NCBI GenBank assembly: GCA_965216875.1
Contig: OZ244207.1
Coordinates: 1,344,001-1,408,000 of the forward strand
DNA length: 64,000 nucleotides
Source: Rubripirellula sp.
Lineage (GTDB): Bacteria > Planctomycetota > Planctomycetia > Pirellulales > Pirellulaceae
Reading direction: 5' to 3'
Program-made: the position numbers and the translations under genes
The notes under the pieces: model-generated
What the model saw: only the letters and a program-made list of their open reading frames with translations
What the model was told of the DNA's origin: nothing
The model's database searches: none
Shown: positions 31,701 through 41,169 of the stretch, one piece after another
Layout of the letters: every line of letters starts with the position of its first letter
Position numbering within the stretch: the first letter of the stretch is position 1

Positions 31701-33767
31701 GGGACGCCAACGCCGAACCAACAGTACCTTCGGGTTTCCGAGGTGCAGTACAACCCAAGTGCCACCGACGCCGAATTCATCGAATTGATGAACGTCAGCA
31801 GTGGTGCCAATGCCACGACACTTGATCTGTCGGGCGTTTCAATCACCGACGGTCCGAGTGTGCCGTTCGTTTTTCCGGCCCAGACGTTCATGCCCTCGGG
31901 TGAGCGATGGGTGATCGTCCAAGACACTGCAGCATTTCGTTTGGCTCATCCCGATGTGCCGCTTGCCCGAATTGCGGGCCAGTATGTCGGCAAGCTTTCC
32001 AATAGCGGTGAACGAATCAAGGTCGTTGATTCGGGTGGCGAAACCATTGTTGACTTCACTTATTCCGATGGTGATCCTTGGCCCATCGCCGCTGACGGAA
32101 GCGGAGCGTCATTGGAGTTGATTGACGAAGCGGGAACGCCCACAAACCGAATGGACAAGCCGTACAGTTGGCGAGCGTCAACAACGGTTGGCGGTTCACC
32201 TGGCGAAGCCCAATCGCCTGTGGCATCGGTGCTGATCACCGAGATTTTGTCGCACACTGACGCGCCGCAAGTCGACACGATCGAGCTGCACAATCCGACC
32301 GCGCTGCCTGTCGACATTGGTGGTTGGTTCCTGAGCGATTCGCAAAACAACTTGCTGAAGTTTCAGGTTCCGGTCGGGACCACCATCGACGCGGGTGGCT
32401 ACGCGATTTTTGACGAAGGTGATTTCAATCCCACTCCGCTGACCCCTGGCCCCAACCACTTTGCGCTCAGCGGTTCACATGGCGATTCCGTTTGGCTGTC
32501 CATTGCCAATGCTGGTTTGACGGCAGCGATGACCATTGTCGACGCGGTTGATTTTGGCGCCACGCTCAACGGTGTGTCTCTCGGTCGCTTGCCGGATAGT
32601 AGCGGTCGTCTGACGCCGTTGGCCGCCTCCAGCCTTGGATCCGAAAACGGATCGCATCGCGTTTCGGATGTTGTGATTACGGAAGTCCATTACCATCCCG
32701 AACTGCCGTCGCCCGCGGCACTCGCGATCGATCCCGAGCTTGATCGGAGCGATCTCGAGTTCATCGAAATTCATAATCGGGCCGATGCATTGATCGATCT
32801 TGATCGCTGGCGCATTCGGGGCGATGGCGACTATGACTTTTTACTGACGGCGATCGGAGCCGGTGAAACGATCTTGGTTCTACCGTTCAATCCCGACAAT
32901 CCAGAGAACGCGAGCCGGCTTTCCGCGTTTCGTACCCACCACGGACTCGGAACGGGCGTACGGCTTTTCGGTCCGCTTTCTGGAACCTTAAGTAACAGCT
33001 ACGGACGCGTGCGATTGCAATTGCCAGACGAAGCGCCGGTTGATGAACCAACCGTGATGCCGATGGTGCTTGTGGACGAAGTGGTCTATGACGACTTGCC
33101 CGCCTGGCAAACCGCTGCGGATGGGCAAGGCTCATCGTTGCAGCGCGTCAGCACGCGTTTGCTCGGTAATTTACCCACAACCTGGCGCGCCGACCCGCCC
33201 ACACCTGGCTCGGTGGCGTTTGAGCCACGCATCGAGTCGATCATCGTCAATGGCGGCGATGCCACCCGATCTGAACTCACGCAAGTAGACGTTGTTTTTG
33301 ACACGGCGGTGAACCTCGCTCCATCGGTATTCACTTTGACGAATGTTGATGACAACACCGAAGTCACTTCCCTGCAAACATCATCGTCGCTGCAAAATGG
33401 AAACACCGTCGCGACGCTCACGTTTGCGCCAGGCCCTTCGGTGATCTCGCGATTGACCGGCGGCAATACGTTGGATGACGGGACCTACGAATTGCACTTG
33501 CTCGGTTCGGGGATCACGGCGCAAGCGGGTGGGTTGAGCATGTCCGAAGATGTCCGTTTCGGTGCCGATGCAGCGGACGCATTCTTCCGCAAGTTCGGCG
33601 ACCAGAATGGCGACAACGTCATCAACCTATTCGACTTCGCACAATTCCGATCGGCGTTTGGCTATTGGCCTGCTCACCCGAGCTACCAAAGTGATTTCGA
33701 CAGTGATGGCAACGACATCATCAACCTGTTCGATTTCGCAGCGTTCCGCGCGAACTTTAGCAGCTGA
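28761..33767 (+). CDS. Extracellular lamin-tail-domain / CotH-like kinase protein with dockerin-like C-terminus
   Basis: RRLSMQLLEPRRVLA; multiple LTD motifs (ITEFMA...DWIEIHN; SEVQYNP...EFIEL); CotH-like KKSY, KN.Y.Y, PWDQDLS.G; FFRKFGDQNGD..INLFDF. Confidence 0.9.
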   Translation: MPFLKLFSGGLPEASECVKKRRRLSMQLLEPRRVLAGHPIITEFMADNQSTLIDGFGEDPDWIEIHNPTDQPIDLLGYHLTDQPSSPSKWEFTASTVLQPLDYLVVFASSRNTTDPQGNWHTDFTLDADGDYIALTAPDLSVVSEFDALGTDYSPQVTDVSYGLPGSVLVNGQSAAHYLVPSSDALGESWTSIAFDADAAGFSLGRAAIGYENSGGSSTSYLDVFETEVPSGTTNTYVRMPFDIPDASQVSDLQLHLKFDDGVVVYLNGSRLFGVNDPTPLSYNTPATQNHPDGTALAGIDYDLTTHVGLLQSGENVLAIHALNRPNSSDFLMVPTLSSNSVHSEAGYLLTPTPGSINGVARELGPMVTDVDHQPGVAIAGQTILVTAEIESFAAPVDPTTVRLHYRIMYGAESTLTMFDDGVGGDAVAGDGTFSALIPGASLQAGELVRWYVTVSDTQGIETRAPRFLDPLDSAEYFGTVVADPAITTDLPLIQWFIANPEAAKTTAGSSASLFIDGELYDNIHVDNHGQSTRGSAFPKKSYDFDANSGQKFKLRSDLARVSDFNLLTNYADQTKLRNTLTYDLFAQGDYAHHFAFPVMIYQNGSFNGLYDIVEEGDTEYLDRLGVDDENALYKVNNRLDHVFNNVEKKSRKFEDRTDFAAVVDAAQNLTDGAALDWDYDNLDIADMVNIQAIHSVVASNDFGHKNMYWYRDSTGTALWSVYPWDQDLSLGHQWDRNVSPPYFKDDLVTQANIYRGGNPIFQRLFADATFVEMFHRRVRTLTDEFYGAPGTSTSESYLAQKIVSLEASIADEAIQNTAVWGIHPNFSHTPAQAAQQLLDEFIPQRRAYLNNHNNVPGSQIAAPNVFFDHVDYDAEPISGLQAEEYVRLNNPNGFAVDISGWRIDGGIDHTFKGGTVIPAGGTLYVVKDVAAFQNRATGPGAGQRLLIQGNYKGQLGYTGEVVNLIDPGGRIADTLFTPSGTPTPNQQYLRVSEVQYNPSATDAEFIELMNVSSGANATTLDLSGVSITDGPSVPFVFPAQTFMPSGERWVIVQDTAAFRLAHPDVPLARIAGQYVGKLSNSGERIKVVDSGGETIVDFTYSDGDPWPIAADGSGASLELIDEAGTPTNRMDKPYSWRASTTVGGSPGEAQSPVASVLITEILSHTDAPQVDTIELHNPTALPVDIGGWFLSDSQNNLLKFQVPVGTTIDAGGYAIFDEGDFNPTPLTPGPNHFALSGSHGDSVWLSIANAGLTAAMTIVDAVDFGATLNGVSLGRLPDSSGRLTPLAASSLGSENGSHRVSDVVITEVHYHPELPSPAALAIDPELDRSDLEFIEIHNRADALIDLDRWRIRGDGDYDFLLTAIGAGETILVLPFNPDNPENASRLSAFRTHHGLGTGVRLFGPLSGTLSNSYGRVRLQLPDEAPVDEPTVMPMVLVDEVVYDDLPAWQTAADGQGSSLQRVSTRLLGNLPTTWRADPPTPGSVAFEPRIESIIVNGGDATRSELTQVDVVFDTAVNLAPSVFTLTNVDDNTEVTSLQTSSSLQNGNTVATLTFAPGPSVISRLTGGNTLDDGTYELHLLGSGITAQAGGLSMSEDVRFGADAADAFFRKFGDQNGDNVINLFDFAQFRSAFGYWPAHPSYQSDFDSDGNDIINLFDFAAFRANFSS

Positions 33768-33775
33768 GTTGTCGA

Positions 33776-35113
33776 CTACAGCGATTTAAGAACGCTGGCC
33801 GCGGCATCAATCGTTTCATCGATCATCGCTTCGGTATGCGTTGCGCTGAAGAACAGTGCTTCGAATTGGCTGCAAGGCATGTAAACGCCTTTGGAAATCA
33901 GACCCCAGAAATAGCGGGCGAACTGTTCTTTGTCGCATTGGTCTGCGCCGCCCGTCCATTGCGAGACTGGGTTGGGATTGAAGAACAAGGTCATCATGCT
34001 GCCGACACGTTGGACATGGTGGTCGATGCCAGCGTCGGTTGCGGCCCGACCAAGTCCATCGGCCAATCTCGCTCCCAAGGCCTCAAGGTAGTCGTACGGC
34101 GGATGTTCTTTGAGCAGTCGAAGCGTCGTGCTGCCGGCGGCAACAGCGACGGGGTTGCCGCTGAGCGTACCGGCTTGAAAGACTTTTCCTGCCGGAAGCA
34201 CTTGATCCATGATGTCGGCGCGTCCACCGTACGCTCCTAATGGCATCCCGCCACCGACAATCTTGCCAAGCGTGGTCATGTCGGGAGTGACGCCGTAACG
34301 TTCCTGTGCGCCCCCAAGAGAAACACGGAAACCTGTCATGACTTCGTCGAAGATCAAGATTGACGAGTCGGCCGAAGTGACCTGACGCAGCAACTGCAGG
34401 AAGTCGTCGGTTGGCGGCACGCATCCCATGTTGCCGACGACCGGTTCGAGAATGACCGCTGCGATTTCGCCAGGGTATTGAGCAAAGGCTGCCTTCACTG
34501 CTTCGCAATCGTTGTACTCGAGCACGATCGTGTCGCCGCCGGTTCCCTTGGTCACACCGGGCGAATCGGGCACACCGAGCGTTGCCGCGGCGCTGCCAGC
34601 GGCAACCAACAAACTGTCAACGTGACCGTGATAGTTTCCAGCAAACTTGATGACCTTGTCCCGCCCGGTCACTCCGCGAGCCACACGCAACGCACTCATT
34701 GTGGCTTCAGTGCCACTGTTAACCAATCGGAGCTTTTCGATGCTCGGTACAGCCTCGATGATCTGCTCAGCGAGATGGGATTCTGCCTCAGTTGGCGCAC
34801 CGAAACTCGATCCACGCTGCGCTGCGTGTGTCACCGCTTCGACCACTTCGGGGTGAGCATGACCGAGAATCATCGGTCCCCAAGATCCGATGTAGTCGAT
34901 GAATTCGCGTCCATCGATGTCGTACAGATGGGGGCCCTCGGCTCGGTCGATAAAGAGAGGGCTACCACCGACGGCGCCAAAGGCCCGCGCTGGACTGTTC
35001 ACACCACCCGGCATGAGCTGCCGAGCGCGTTGAAAGGCTTCAGTGCTTTTGGGGCCAACATCGTGATTTACATCGGTCGACAACTTATCGATCCTTCGCT
35101 CGGCGAGACTCAT
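33776..35113 (-). CDS. hemL: Glutamate-1-semialdehyde 2,1-aminomutase
   Basis: MPGGVNSPARAF, NSGTEATM, YHGHVD, FDEVMTGFR, LGKIVGGG, QAGTLSGNP. Start uncertain. Confidence 0.96.
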   Translation of the reverse strand: MSLAERRIDKLSTDVNHDVGPKSTEAFQRARQLMPGGVNSPARAFGAVGGSPLFIDRAEGPHLYDIDGREFIDYIGSWGPMILGHAHPEVVEAVTHAAQRGSSFGAPTEAESHLAEQIIEAVPSIEKLRLVNSGTEATMSALRVARGVTGRDKVIKFAGNYHGHVDSLLVAAGSAAATLGVPDSPGVTKGTGGDTIVLEYNDCEAVKAAFAQYPGEIAAVILEPVVGNMGCVPPTDDFLQLLRQVTSADSSILIFDEVMTGFRVSLGGAQERYGVTPDMTTLGKIVGGGMPLGAYGGRADIMDQVLPAGKVFQAGTLSGNPVAVAAGSTTLRLLKEHPPYDYLEALGARLADGLGRAATDAGIDHHVQRVGSMMTLFFNPNPVSQWTGGADQCDKEQFARYFWGLISKGVYMPCSQFEALFFSATHTEAMIDETIDAAASVLKSL

Positions 35114-35256
35114 GGACGGGGGACAACCCAATTTTCGCCCCTCTGGATCGAATTGGATAGTGGGGACGTCGCGGGTGCGCGCCAGTTTGTAGTCCCGAGC
35201 TTTAGCCGGAATCTTTATTCGGTCCGCCTGAACGCGGTCCTACGAATCGCGTTTCC

Positions 35257-35817
35257 TCAGAGTCGCACGGTCATCAAAACCAGGATGCTGGTTTCGGCTG
35301 ACTTGGTGCCAACCAAGCTTGGCTCGCCAGGTGCAACGAGCTGCGTTGTCTGAAGTTCGATTTGACTAATCGGACCGCGCCGATCTTCGTCTTCCGATTT
35401 GAGCAACCTCGAGGAGTCGTAATCGATTTCGAGAACAATCTTGTCACCCTGCGGACGGCCTTGGAATCGAATGTGAGTTCCGGTTTCAATCGTTTCGGTC
35501 CGTTTGGTGACGACGCCGCGACTGGAGGAGACACCGGTGACAACGTCTTCCAAACGACCGATTTGAACGCTCGCCTGTGTGTCACTGAGCGCGTTGAATC
35601 GAAACGTTTCGACCGAGGTGATGGAGGACGGGTTGGACTTGGTCAACATCGCGATCAATTCAGCGTCCGATTTGGTGGCATCAATCTTGCCTGTCATTCG
35701 ATACTCAGCGACCTGGACGCTGTACATCACCATGGGGCGTTCAGATTCATCGGCCTCGGCGACCGTATGAGGGGCGACAGTCAAAGCAATGGCAGCAAGG
35801 AAGATCACGGCACGCAT
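35257..35817 (-). CDS. Secreted protein resembling an isolated secretin core domain
   Basis: Signal peptide, then pattern A.VQIG...ETG..I...P...I.LEI...SS...I...LQT.....G...LVG...ILVL.T. Confidence 0.55.
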   Translation of the reverse strand: MRAVIFLAAIALTVAPHTVAEADESERPMVMYSVQVAEYRMTGKIDATKSDAELIAMLTKSNPSSITSVETFRFNALSDTQASVQIGRLEDVVTGVSSSRGVVTKRTETIETGTHIRFQGRPQGDKIVLEIDYDSSRLLKSEDEDRRGPISQIELQTTQLVAPGEPSLVGTKSAETSILVLMTVRL

Positions 35818-35942
35818 AGGGTCACCCGTTTTGATGTTGTGGACTCGATGGGTTCAAGAACCGAAACGTCTAGTTTACCGCTGTCCAAGACGGCATGTCT
35901 AACATGGCGTCGGCATCTCGGAAAACTTTTTCTTCAACTCGC

Positions 35943-35971
35943 GTAACGCCCTCGAAATCGGCTGCGTATAC
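35943..35971 (+). promoter_or_regulatory. Candidate ECF-sigma promoter (GTAAC-N17-CGTAT)
   Basis: AAC -35 and CGT -10 cores upstream of an operon that contains an ECF sigma factor. Confidence 0.45.
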
Positions 35972-36060
35972 CAAGTAGAGCCGCGAGAAGATGGATTGAG
36001 TCCCTTTCGCTGGCGACTAAATGATGAACCACACAACCAAAGTTTCACGGAGTCCTTACC

Positions 36061-37074
36061 TTGTTTCATCGATGGTTTCCTTCGGTTTCGCGTCGGGCAA
36101 GCCTTGTCGCAACTCAATTGAGTTGCGCTGCGGTCGCTTCCATCCTGCTGGCGACCGCTGCCGCGCCCGCACGTGCAGCCGAATTCAGTGTTGAAGTCGA
36201 GACGGAGGGGGCGGTTGCAATCAGTGTCGACGTCGCACGCTTCGCCAGTACGAAGATGGGCGGATTGTTGATCGACGCTGGGACCAAACTGGCCGCTCAG
36301 CAGATGGAAAAGGATCCCGATGAAGCGATCGAAGCGCTTGTGAAATCGCTCGGCTTCGATCCATTGAAAGAGGGCATCCAAGTTCAAGCGATCGTCCAGG
36401 ACATCGAGGATCCAATCGCCGGTTTGCAAGTTTCCCTTCGACTTGACAATACGACCGGAAACCTTGAGGGACTGTTGTTGGCCGCTCCTGAGTACTCTGC
36501 GATTCAGGAAGGTGGCCAAACGATTCACAAAGTTTCCTTGGATGACGCACCGATCTTCATTGCCTTTACCACCGACAGTGGAGGTAAAAAACACGTCTTC
36601 GCTGCTGGGAACAAGCAAGATGTTGTGCATTTGATCGAAAACGTTGACAAGGGCGGTCCGCAGGTCGCTCTCAATGTCGACGAACGCGAATTTGCAGTTT
36701 TGGAAATCTTGTCGCTGCCCGAAGATGTCGCCGAAGAGCCCCCCATCAGCAACATTAGCCAGTTGGTCAAGCAGGCGTCGCTGCGTTTAGGTGAATCCGA
36801 AAGCGATCTCGTGATCCGAGCCGAGCTTCGTACAGAGAACGAAGAACAAGCGACTCAGTTGCAGCAGTTGACCCAAGGCGTGGTTGCGATGGTCGGGTTG
36901 TTCAAAGAAGAGATTCGTAGTGAACTCGGGGATGAGGAAACGGCGAAAATGGTTTTGCCGATCCTTGAAAAGATCATGGTCAACCGCGAGGGTAAAAAGA
37001 TCTCAGTTGAGATTGCCATTCCCGAGCAACTCGTGATCCAATTCCTACGTGAGGAAGCTGACCTTCCACTGTGA
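36061..37074 (+). CDS. Secreted hypothetical protein
   Basis: Long ORF with signal peptide (..ILLATAAAPARA). Its stop overlaps the next gene's start (GTGA). Confidence 0.75.
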   Translation: MFHRWFPSVSRRASLVATQLSCAAVASILLATAAAPARAAEFSVEVETEGAVAISVDVARFASTKMGGLLIDAGTKLAAQQMEKDPDEAIEALVKSLGFDPLKEGIQVQAIVQDIEDPIAGLQVSLRLDNTTGNLEGLLLAAPEYSAIQEGGQTIHKVSLDDAPIFIAFTTDSGGKKHVFAAGNKQDVVHLIENVDKGGPQVALNVDEREFAVLEILSLPEDVAEEPPISNISQLVKQASLRLGESESDLVIRAELRTENEEQATQLQQLTQGVVAMVGLFKEEIRSELGDEETAKMVLPILEKIMVNREGKKISVEIAIPEQLVIQFLREEADLPL

Positions 37075-37673
37075 CCACCCGGGACACGCGTATGATTGGC
37101 ACTTGCGAGGTAGCAAGTTCAACGGCTGACGAGGCAGCGGCTTTCGAGTCGCTGTTTCGTTATTTTCATCCCAGGCTCGTTCGCTTTCTGGCGAAGCTGC
37201 TGGATGGATCATCGATTGACCCCGAAGACGTCGCCCAGGAATCGATGGTCAAAGCGTGGCGGAAACGCGATCAATACGACGATCGCTTTCAATATTCGAC
37301 CTGGGTATACACGATCGCACGTCGGACAGCGGCCGACCATCTTCGAAAGCGATCAAGTAATCCGGCCGAATCGTTCGACGAATTCGATCAGCTTCCATCG
37401 CGCGAAGTCAATGCAGAAGAAATGCTTGACTGCGAGGAATCGTCTCGCGATCTGTGGTCGAGGGCTCAGGACCATTTGACCGAATCGCAATACGCTGCCT
37501 TGTGGCTGCGGTACGGAGAAGAGTTGTCGGTAAAAGAGGTCGCTTGCGTCCTTTCCAAGTCGACCGTATCAACACGCGTGCTCCTCTATCGAGCGCGCGT
37601 TGCACTCGGATCAGCAATCACCACAGAAGAAACAGGAACGGATTCTTGGGGAGGCCAACGCCATGAATCCTAA
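37071..37673 (+). CDS. ECF RNA polymerase sigma factor
   Basis: EDVAQESMVKAW, STWVYTIARR.A.D..RK, L.Y.EELSVKEVA..L..S...R..L.RAR. Confidence 0.9.
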   Translation: MTTRDTRMIGTCEVASSTADEAAAFESLFRYFHPRLVRFLAKLLDGSSIDPEDVAQESMVKAWRKRDQYDDRFQYSTWVYTIARRTAADHLRKRSSNPAESFDEFDQLPSREVNAEEMLDCEESSRDLWSRAQDHLTESQYAALWLRYGEELSVKEVACVLSKSTVSTRVLLYRARVALGSAITTEETGTDSWGGQRHES

Positions 37674-38211
37674 AATTGCAAAACGACTCGCTGCTTTGGT
37701 GATCGATCAATGGCCGCTTCCGCGGTGGTTGTCTAGGAGAATCGCAGGTCACCCCGAAGTCGCGCGTGAGCTGGAGCGTTGGGAATCGGTTGCGGCCGAA
37801 CTGCGTGGACAAGCGAATGCGACCGCCGACTCGGGACGCCCCAAGGCGCTCCGTGAACTCAATCGGAGCGATGAATCTGGTATAGCGGTCCGTGCTGGAC
37901 GAACTTGGGCAGTCGCCATCGCCGCTTCGGTGTTGGTTGCAGTGACCGCTTGGCAGTTTTTGCCTGGCAAGTTGAATCAGCAGCAAGAGGCCGCAGTACA
38001 ACCGAATGAGAATGAGACCGATGCCATGGTGGACGTTGACATTCGACCCGTGTTGGCCAGCCTCGAGGTTGGTCAGGAAGTTGCGGTGGATGTTCGAGAA
38101 GGGCTCGCCGCGCTTGGTGGCAAACTTGCTCGAGCCGGTCGTAGCATCGGAAGCGATTTCACGCTGCCTCGATTGCAGCGTGAATCGTCGTCCGAGTCGA
38201 TTCCTCAGTAG
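37663..38211 (+). CDS. Putative single-TM anti-sigma factor
   Basis: GGAGG RBS; overlaps the sigma gene; TM WAVAIAASVLVAVTAW. Confidence 0.65.
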   Translation: MNPKIAKRLAALVIDQWPLPRWLSRRIAGHPEVARELERWESVAAELRGQANATADSGRPKALRELNRSDESGIAVRAGRTWAVAIAASVLVAVTAWQFLPGKLNQQQEAAVQPNENETDAMVDVDIRPVLASLEVGQEVAVDVREGLAALGGKLARAGRSIGSDFTLPRLQRESSSESIPQ

Positions 38212-38284
38212 TGGTTGTATTCTGGCTAGACGACACGTTTTAGAATCGCGATTGAAAAATCTCCCGGTAGCCAGTGAGACTTAG

Positions 38285-38686
38285 ATGGACGAGTTTGGGC
38301 ACATCACGTTCCTGCGCGAGCAATACGACTTTGACGAGTGCAAAGCAACCTTTCATTCGAACCGGATCTCTTTCGAATGCATCGGGCCAGACATCTATTT
38401 TGCCTTCTCGAAACTTCGCATTCGAGACGCCTCCGATGCGTCGGTCTACCAGGACGCGGTCGTGTCGAGTGAAACCGACGATGGAGACCTTGGTGACTAC
38501 GCCAGTTTCCGCTTTTTCGACGAAGAGGTCGAATTCGACGATCCATGGGAAGTTCGATGTCTCGACGCGAAACCCGAGAAAGGTTTCATGTCATTTGAAT
38601 GGCAATTTGCCGTGCGATACGGAAGCGGCCGCATTCCCAAGCGAAAAAGGATGCGCGGTGTCGCGAGATGCTCGCTAACACCTTGA
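38285..38686 (+). CDS. Hypothetical protein
   Basis: 133-aa ATG ORF filling the gap. No family recognised. Confidence 0.55.
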   Translation: MDEFGHITFLREQYDFDECKATFHSNRISFECIGPDIYFAFSKLRIRDASDASVYQDAVVSSETDDGDLGDYASFRFFDEEVEFDDPWEVRCLDAKPEKGFMSFEWQFAVRYGSGRIPKRKRMRGVARCSLTP

Positions 38687-38721
38687 TCGTATTCGTGCTC
38701 ACAGGCTGTGGTTTTATTAAA

Positions 38722-38783
38722 GTCGCCTTTCGCTCCGCGAAAGTAGCCTCTTCAAACGCAACTTTTGCGGAGCAAAAGGCGAC
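38722..38783. repeat. Palindromic intergenic repeat (GTCGCCTTTCGCTCCGCGAAAGT...ACTTTTGCGGAGCAAAAGGCGAC)
   Basis: Long imperfect inverted repeat. A partial copy lies at 43379-43394. Confidence 0.8.
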
Positions 38784-38865
38784 AATCGTCACGCCGTTTG
38801 GCTCATAATGGTGGGCCTGTGGAGTGCTGCAATGCTTCCGTTAGCGCATGGTGGGAGAGGAAACG

Positions 38866-41169
38866 ATGATCCGATATTTGTTGGCAATGGTCTTGCTTGG
38901 CCAAACTGCTTGTTTGGCGCAAGACTCCGCGAAGAAGTCGCCACTGACCGGAATCGTTGTTGACGATGAGGGCAAGCCCGTTGCGGACGCCAATGTTTTG
39001 GTGCGAGTTCCACGTTCCTTGCGCACCAAGACGGATGCCGAGGGGAAGTTCCACTACAAAGACGTTGCGCATGGAACCTATCTGGTCTACGCAAGTAAAG
39101 GGCACACCATTGCTCGACTGAAGAGTTTTGAGCACAAGCAAGAGGGCGACGCGGCCAAATTGACATTGAGTCGTGGGATCGAAGTCGAAATCACTGCAAT
39201 CTCCGAATCGACGGGCGAGGCGGTGGCTGACGCGATTGTTCGGCTTCGTTATCCGTTTCGACGTGAGATCAAGACCAACGCACAAGGCATCGCGAAGGTT
39301 GGCGGACTCTTGCCATCGTTGACCGAGTTTCGTCTCTACAAGAAAGGGTTGGCTCGGGCAGTCCGCGAGGTGCCCTTGGACCAAACATCAGCACCCAAAG
39401 CGTTCACGTTGAAGATGAAAGAAGGGGGCGTGCTGAACGGAAAAGTGGTCGACGAAAAGGGAGAGCCGATCCAGAAGGCGATGGTTTACTTTCGTTTGCT
39501 TGACTACCAAACCGGAACCTACGACACGTCACCCTACACTGACGAAGAAGGGAAGTTCCGCAACCGATACCTTCCGCTTGGTGTTCCGATCGAAGTCGAC
39601 GCGAGTGCCGATGGGTACGTGTCAGTAGACAAAGAGTTTTCCATCAGTCCTGACACCAGACAACGCGATGTGGTGATCACGCTCAAACGCAAGCCGCATG
39701 GCGGCACCGTGTTGGGCACGGTTCGCGATGAAGCTGGGAATCCCATCGCGGGTGCGAAGGCAATCAACAGCGGCCGGCGGTTTTCGCAACGGCGCGAAGC
39801 GGTCACCGACCAAGACGGCAAGTTTCAGCTCGACGAACTGTATGGCAAATACTCGGGCTTCGAAGTCGTTGTGGGGGCAAAAGGGTATGCCGCGGCTCGC
39901 CTGAACATCGAGCCAAACAAAGAGGGTACGCCGGTTCAGCGTGATGTCGTTCTGAAAAAGGGACACACACTCAAAGGACGCCTCGTCACAGAGCAGGGCA
40001 AGCCGATTTCACAGGCTTGGATCACTTCGCGGGACGCCATTTCTGCCGACTCGATTGGTGTCCGAGGTCGTTCGAATGCGGACGGCTATTTTGAGATCGA
40101 TTCGTTGCCCGAGTCGTGCAAGTTCGAAGTTTCTGCGGCGGGCTTTTCCGATATCGTCCCTACAAAATGGGAATTTGATACCGAAGAGCCGATCGAAATC
40201 GTGATGAAGCCGATGGGGATTTTGCGCGGTCAAGTCACCGACAAAATTTCCGGGATGCCGATCGAGAGCTTCCGTGTGCAAATTGGCTTTTCCGAAATTC
40301 GGCAACCTGACGATGTTCGTGGTTCCTATTCATCGCGATTGGGCAATCCCGGCGTCGACTTCGATTCGAAAGACGGTGTCTTCAGCATCGATCAACTCAA
40401 TCACGGGATGCCTTTCGAAGTGCGCATCTTTGCCGACGGTTATCAGCGTGAAGTGGTGCGGCGGATGGTTGCGACCAACGACCAGGACGCGCCGATGCCG
40501 AAGATCGAGCTGACGAAGATGGATCCCGCGTCGCAGTACACCCTGCGCGGCACCATGCTGGACTTTGAGCAAAAGCCGATTGTCGGCGCACAGTTGCGAT
40601 TGATTGTGACCGACGAGTTTGTCGGAGACTCGAACGATTTCAATTGGATTCTGGTGTTGACCGGTCAGATCGCGCGCCGTGGTCGCTGCGAACAATTCTT
40701 GATTGGGGTGACCGATTCCAAAGGTAAGTTCGAATTCAAGGGCATCTTGCCAGACAAGTATCTGCAGCTAGCGATTTGGGGGGACAAGACACCGCGTGGC
40801 CGCTATTTCCTTGATGATCCTTCCAAGGCTGGGGAAACCTACGAGTTAACGGCAACGCTGCCAGAACCATCAACGATTAAAGTGTCTGTCGATGAAGAGG
40901 CGATTGCGAACCTCGGCGGCGTTGCGTTGGATATCAAGGATCAATCGTGGCATCGATATGAAATCAACGCAGCGAAAGGGCAAAGCGAGTTCTTGTTCGA
41001 AACGCTCCCACCCGGCGAGTACTCGGTCGCGCTGCAAGGGAAGCCCGAACGAGCGGGGGAGAACAGCTACCGAGTCAAATCGTTGGGCCAAAAGAACATC
41101 ACCGTCTTTCCAGGTGATGCTCACGAGATCAAGTTTTCCAAAGCCGACCTCGTTGCTCAAGAGGAGTGA
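38866..41169 (+). CDS. Secreted carboxypeptidase-regulatory-like (prealbumin-fold) repeat protein
   Basis: Signal peptide, then repeated G.V.D..G.P...A.V ... TD..G.F units. Confidence 0.85.
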   Translation: MIRYLLAMVLLGQTACLAQDSAKKSPLTGIVVDDEGKPVADANVLVRVPRSLRTKTDAEGKFHYKDVAHGTYLVYASKGHTIARLKSFEHKQEGDAAKLTLSRGIEVEITAISESTGEAVADAIVRLRYPFRREIKTNAQGIAKVGGLLPSLTEFRLYKKGLARAVREVPLDQTSAPKAFTLKMKEGGVLNGKVVDEKGEPIQKAMVYFRLLDYQTGTYDTSPYTDEEGKFRNRYLPLGVPIEVDASADGYVSVDKEFSISPDTRQRDVVITLKRKPHGGTVLGTVRDEAGNPIAGAKAINSGRRFSQRREAVTDQDGKFQLDELYGKYSGFEVVVGAKGYAAARLNIEPNKEGTPVQRDVVLKKGHTLKGRLVTEQGKPISQAWITSRDAISADSIGVRGRSNADGYFEIDSLPESCKFEVSAAGFSDIVPTKWEFDTEEPIEIVMKPMGILRGQVTDKISGMPIESFRVQIGFSEIRQPDDVRGSYSSRLGNPGVDFDSKDGVFSIDQLNHGMPFEVRIFADGYQREVVRRMVATNDQDAPMPKIELTKMDPASQYTLRGTMLDFEQKPIVGAQLRLIVTDEFVGDSNDFNWILVLTGQIARRGRCEQFLIGVTDSKGKFEFKGILPDKYLQLAIWGDKTPRGRYFLDDPSKAGETYELTATLPEPSTIKVSVDEEAIANLGGVALDIKDQSWHRYEINAAKGQSEFLFETLPPGEYSVALQGKPERAGENSYRVKSLGQKNITVFPGDAHEIKFSKADLVAQEE

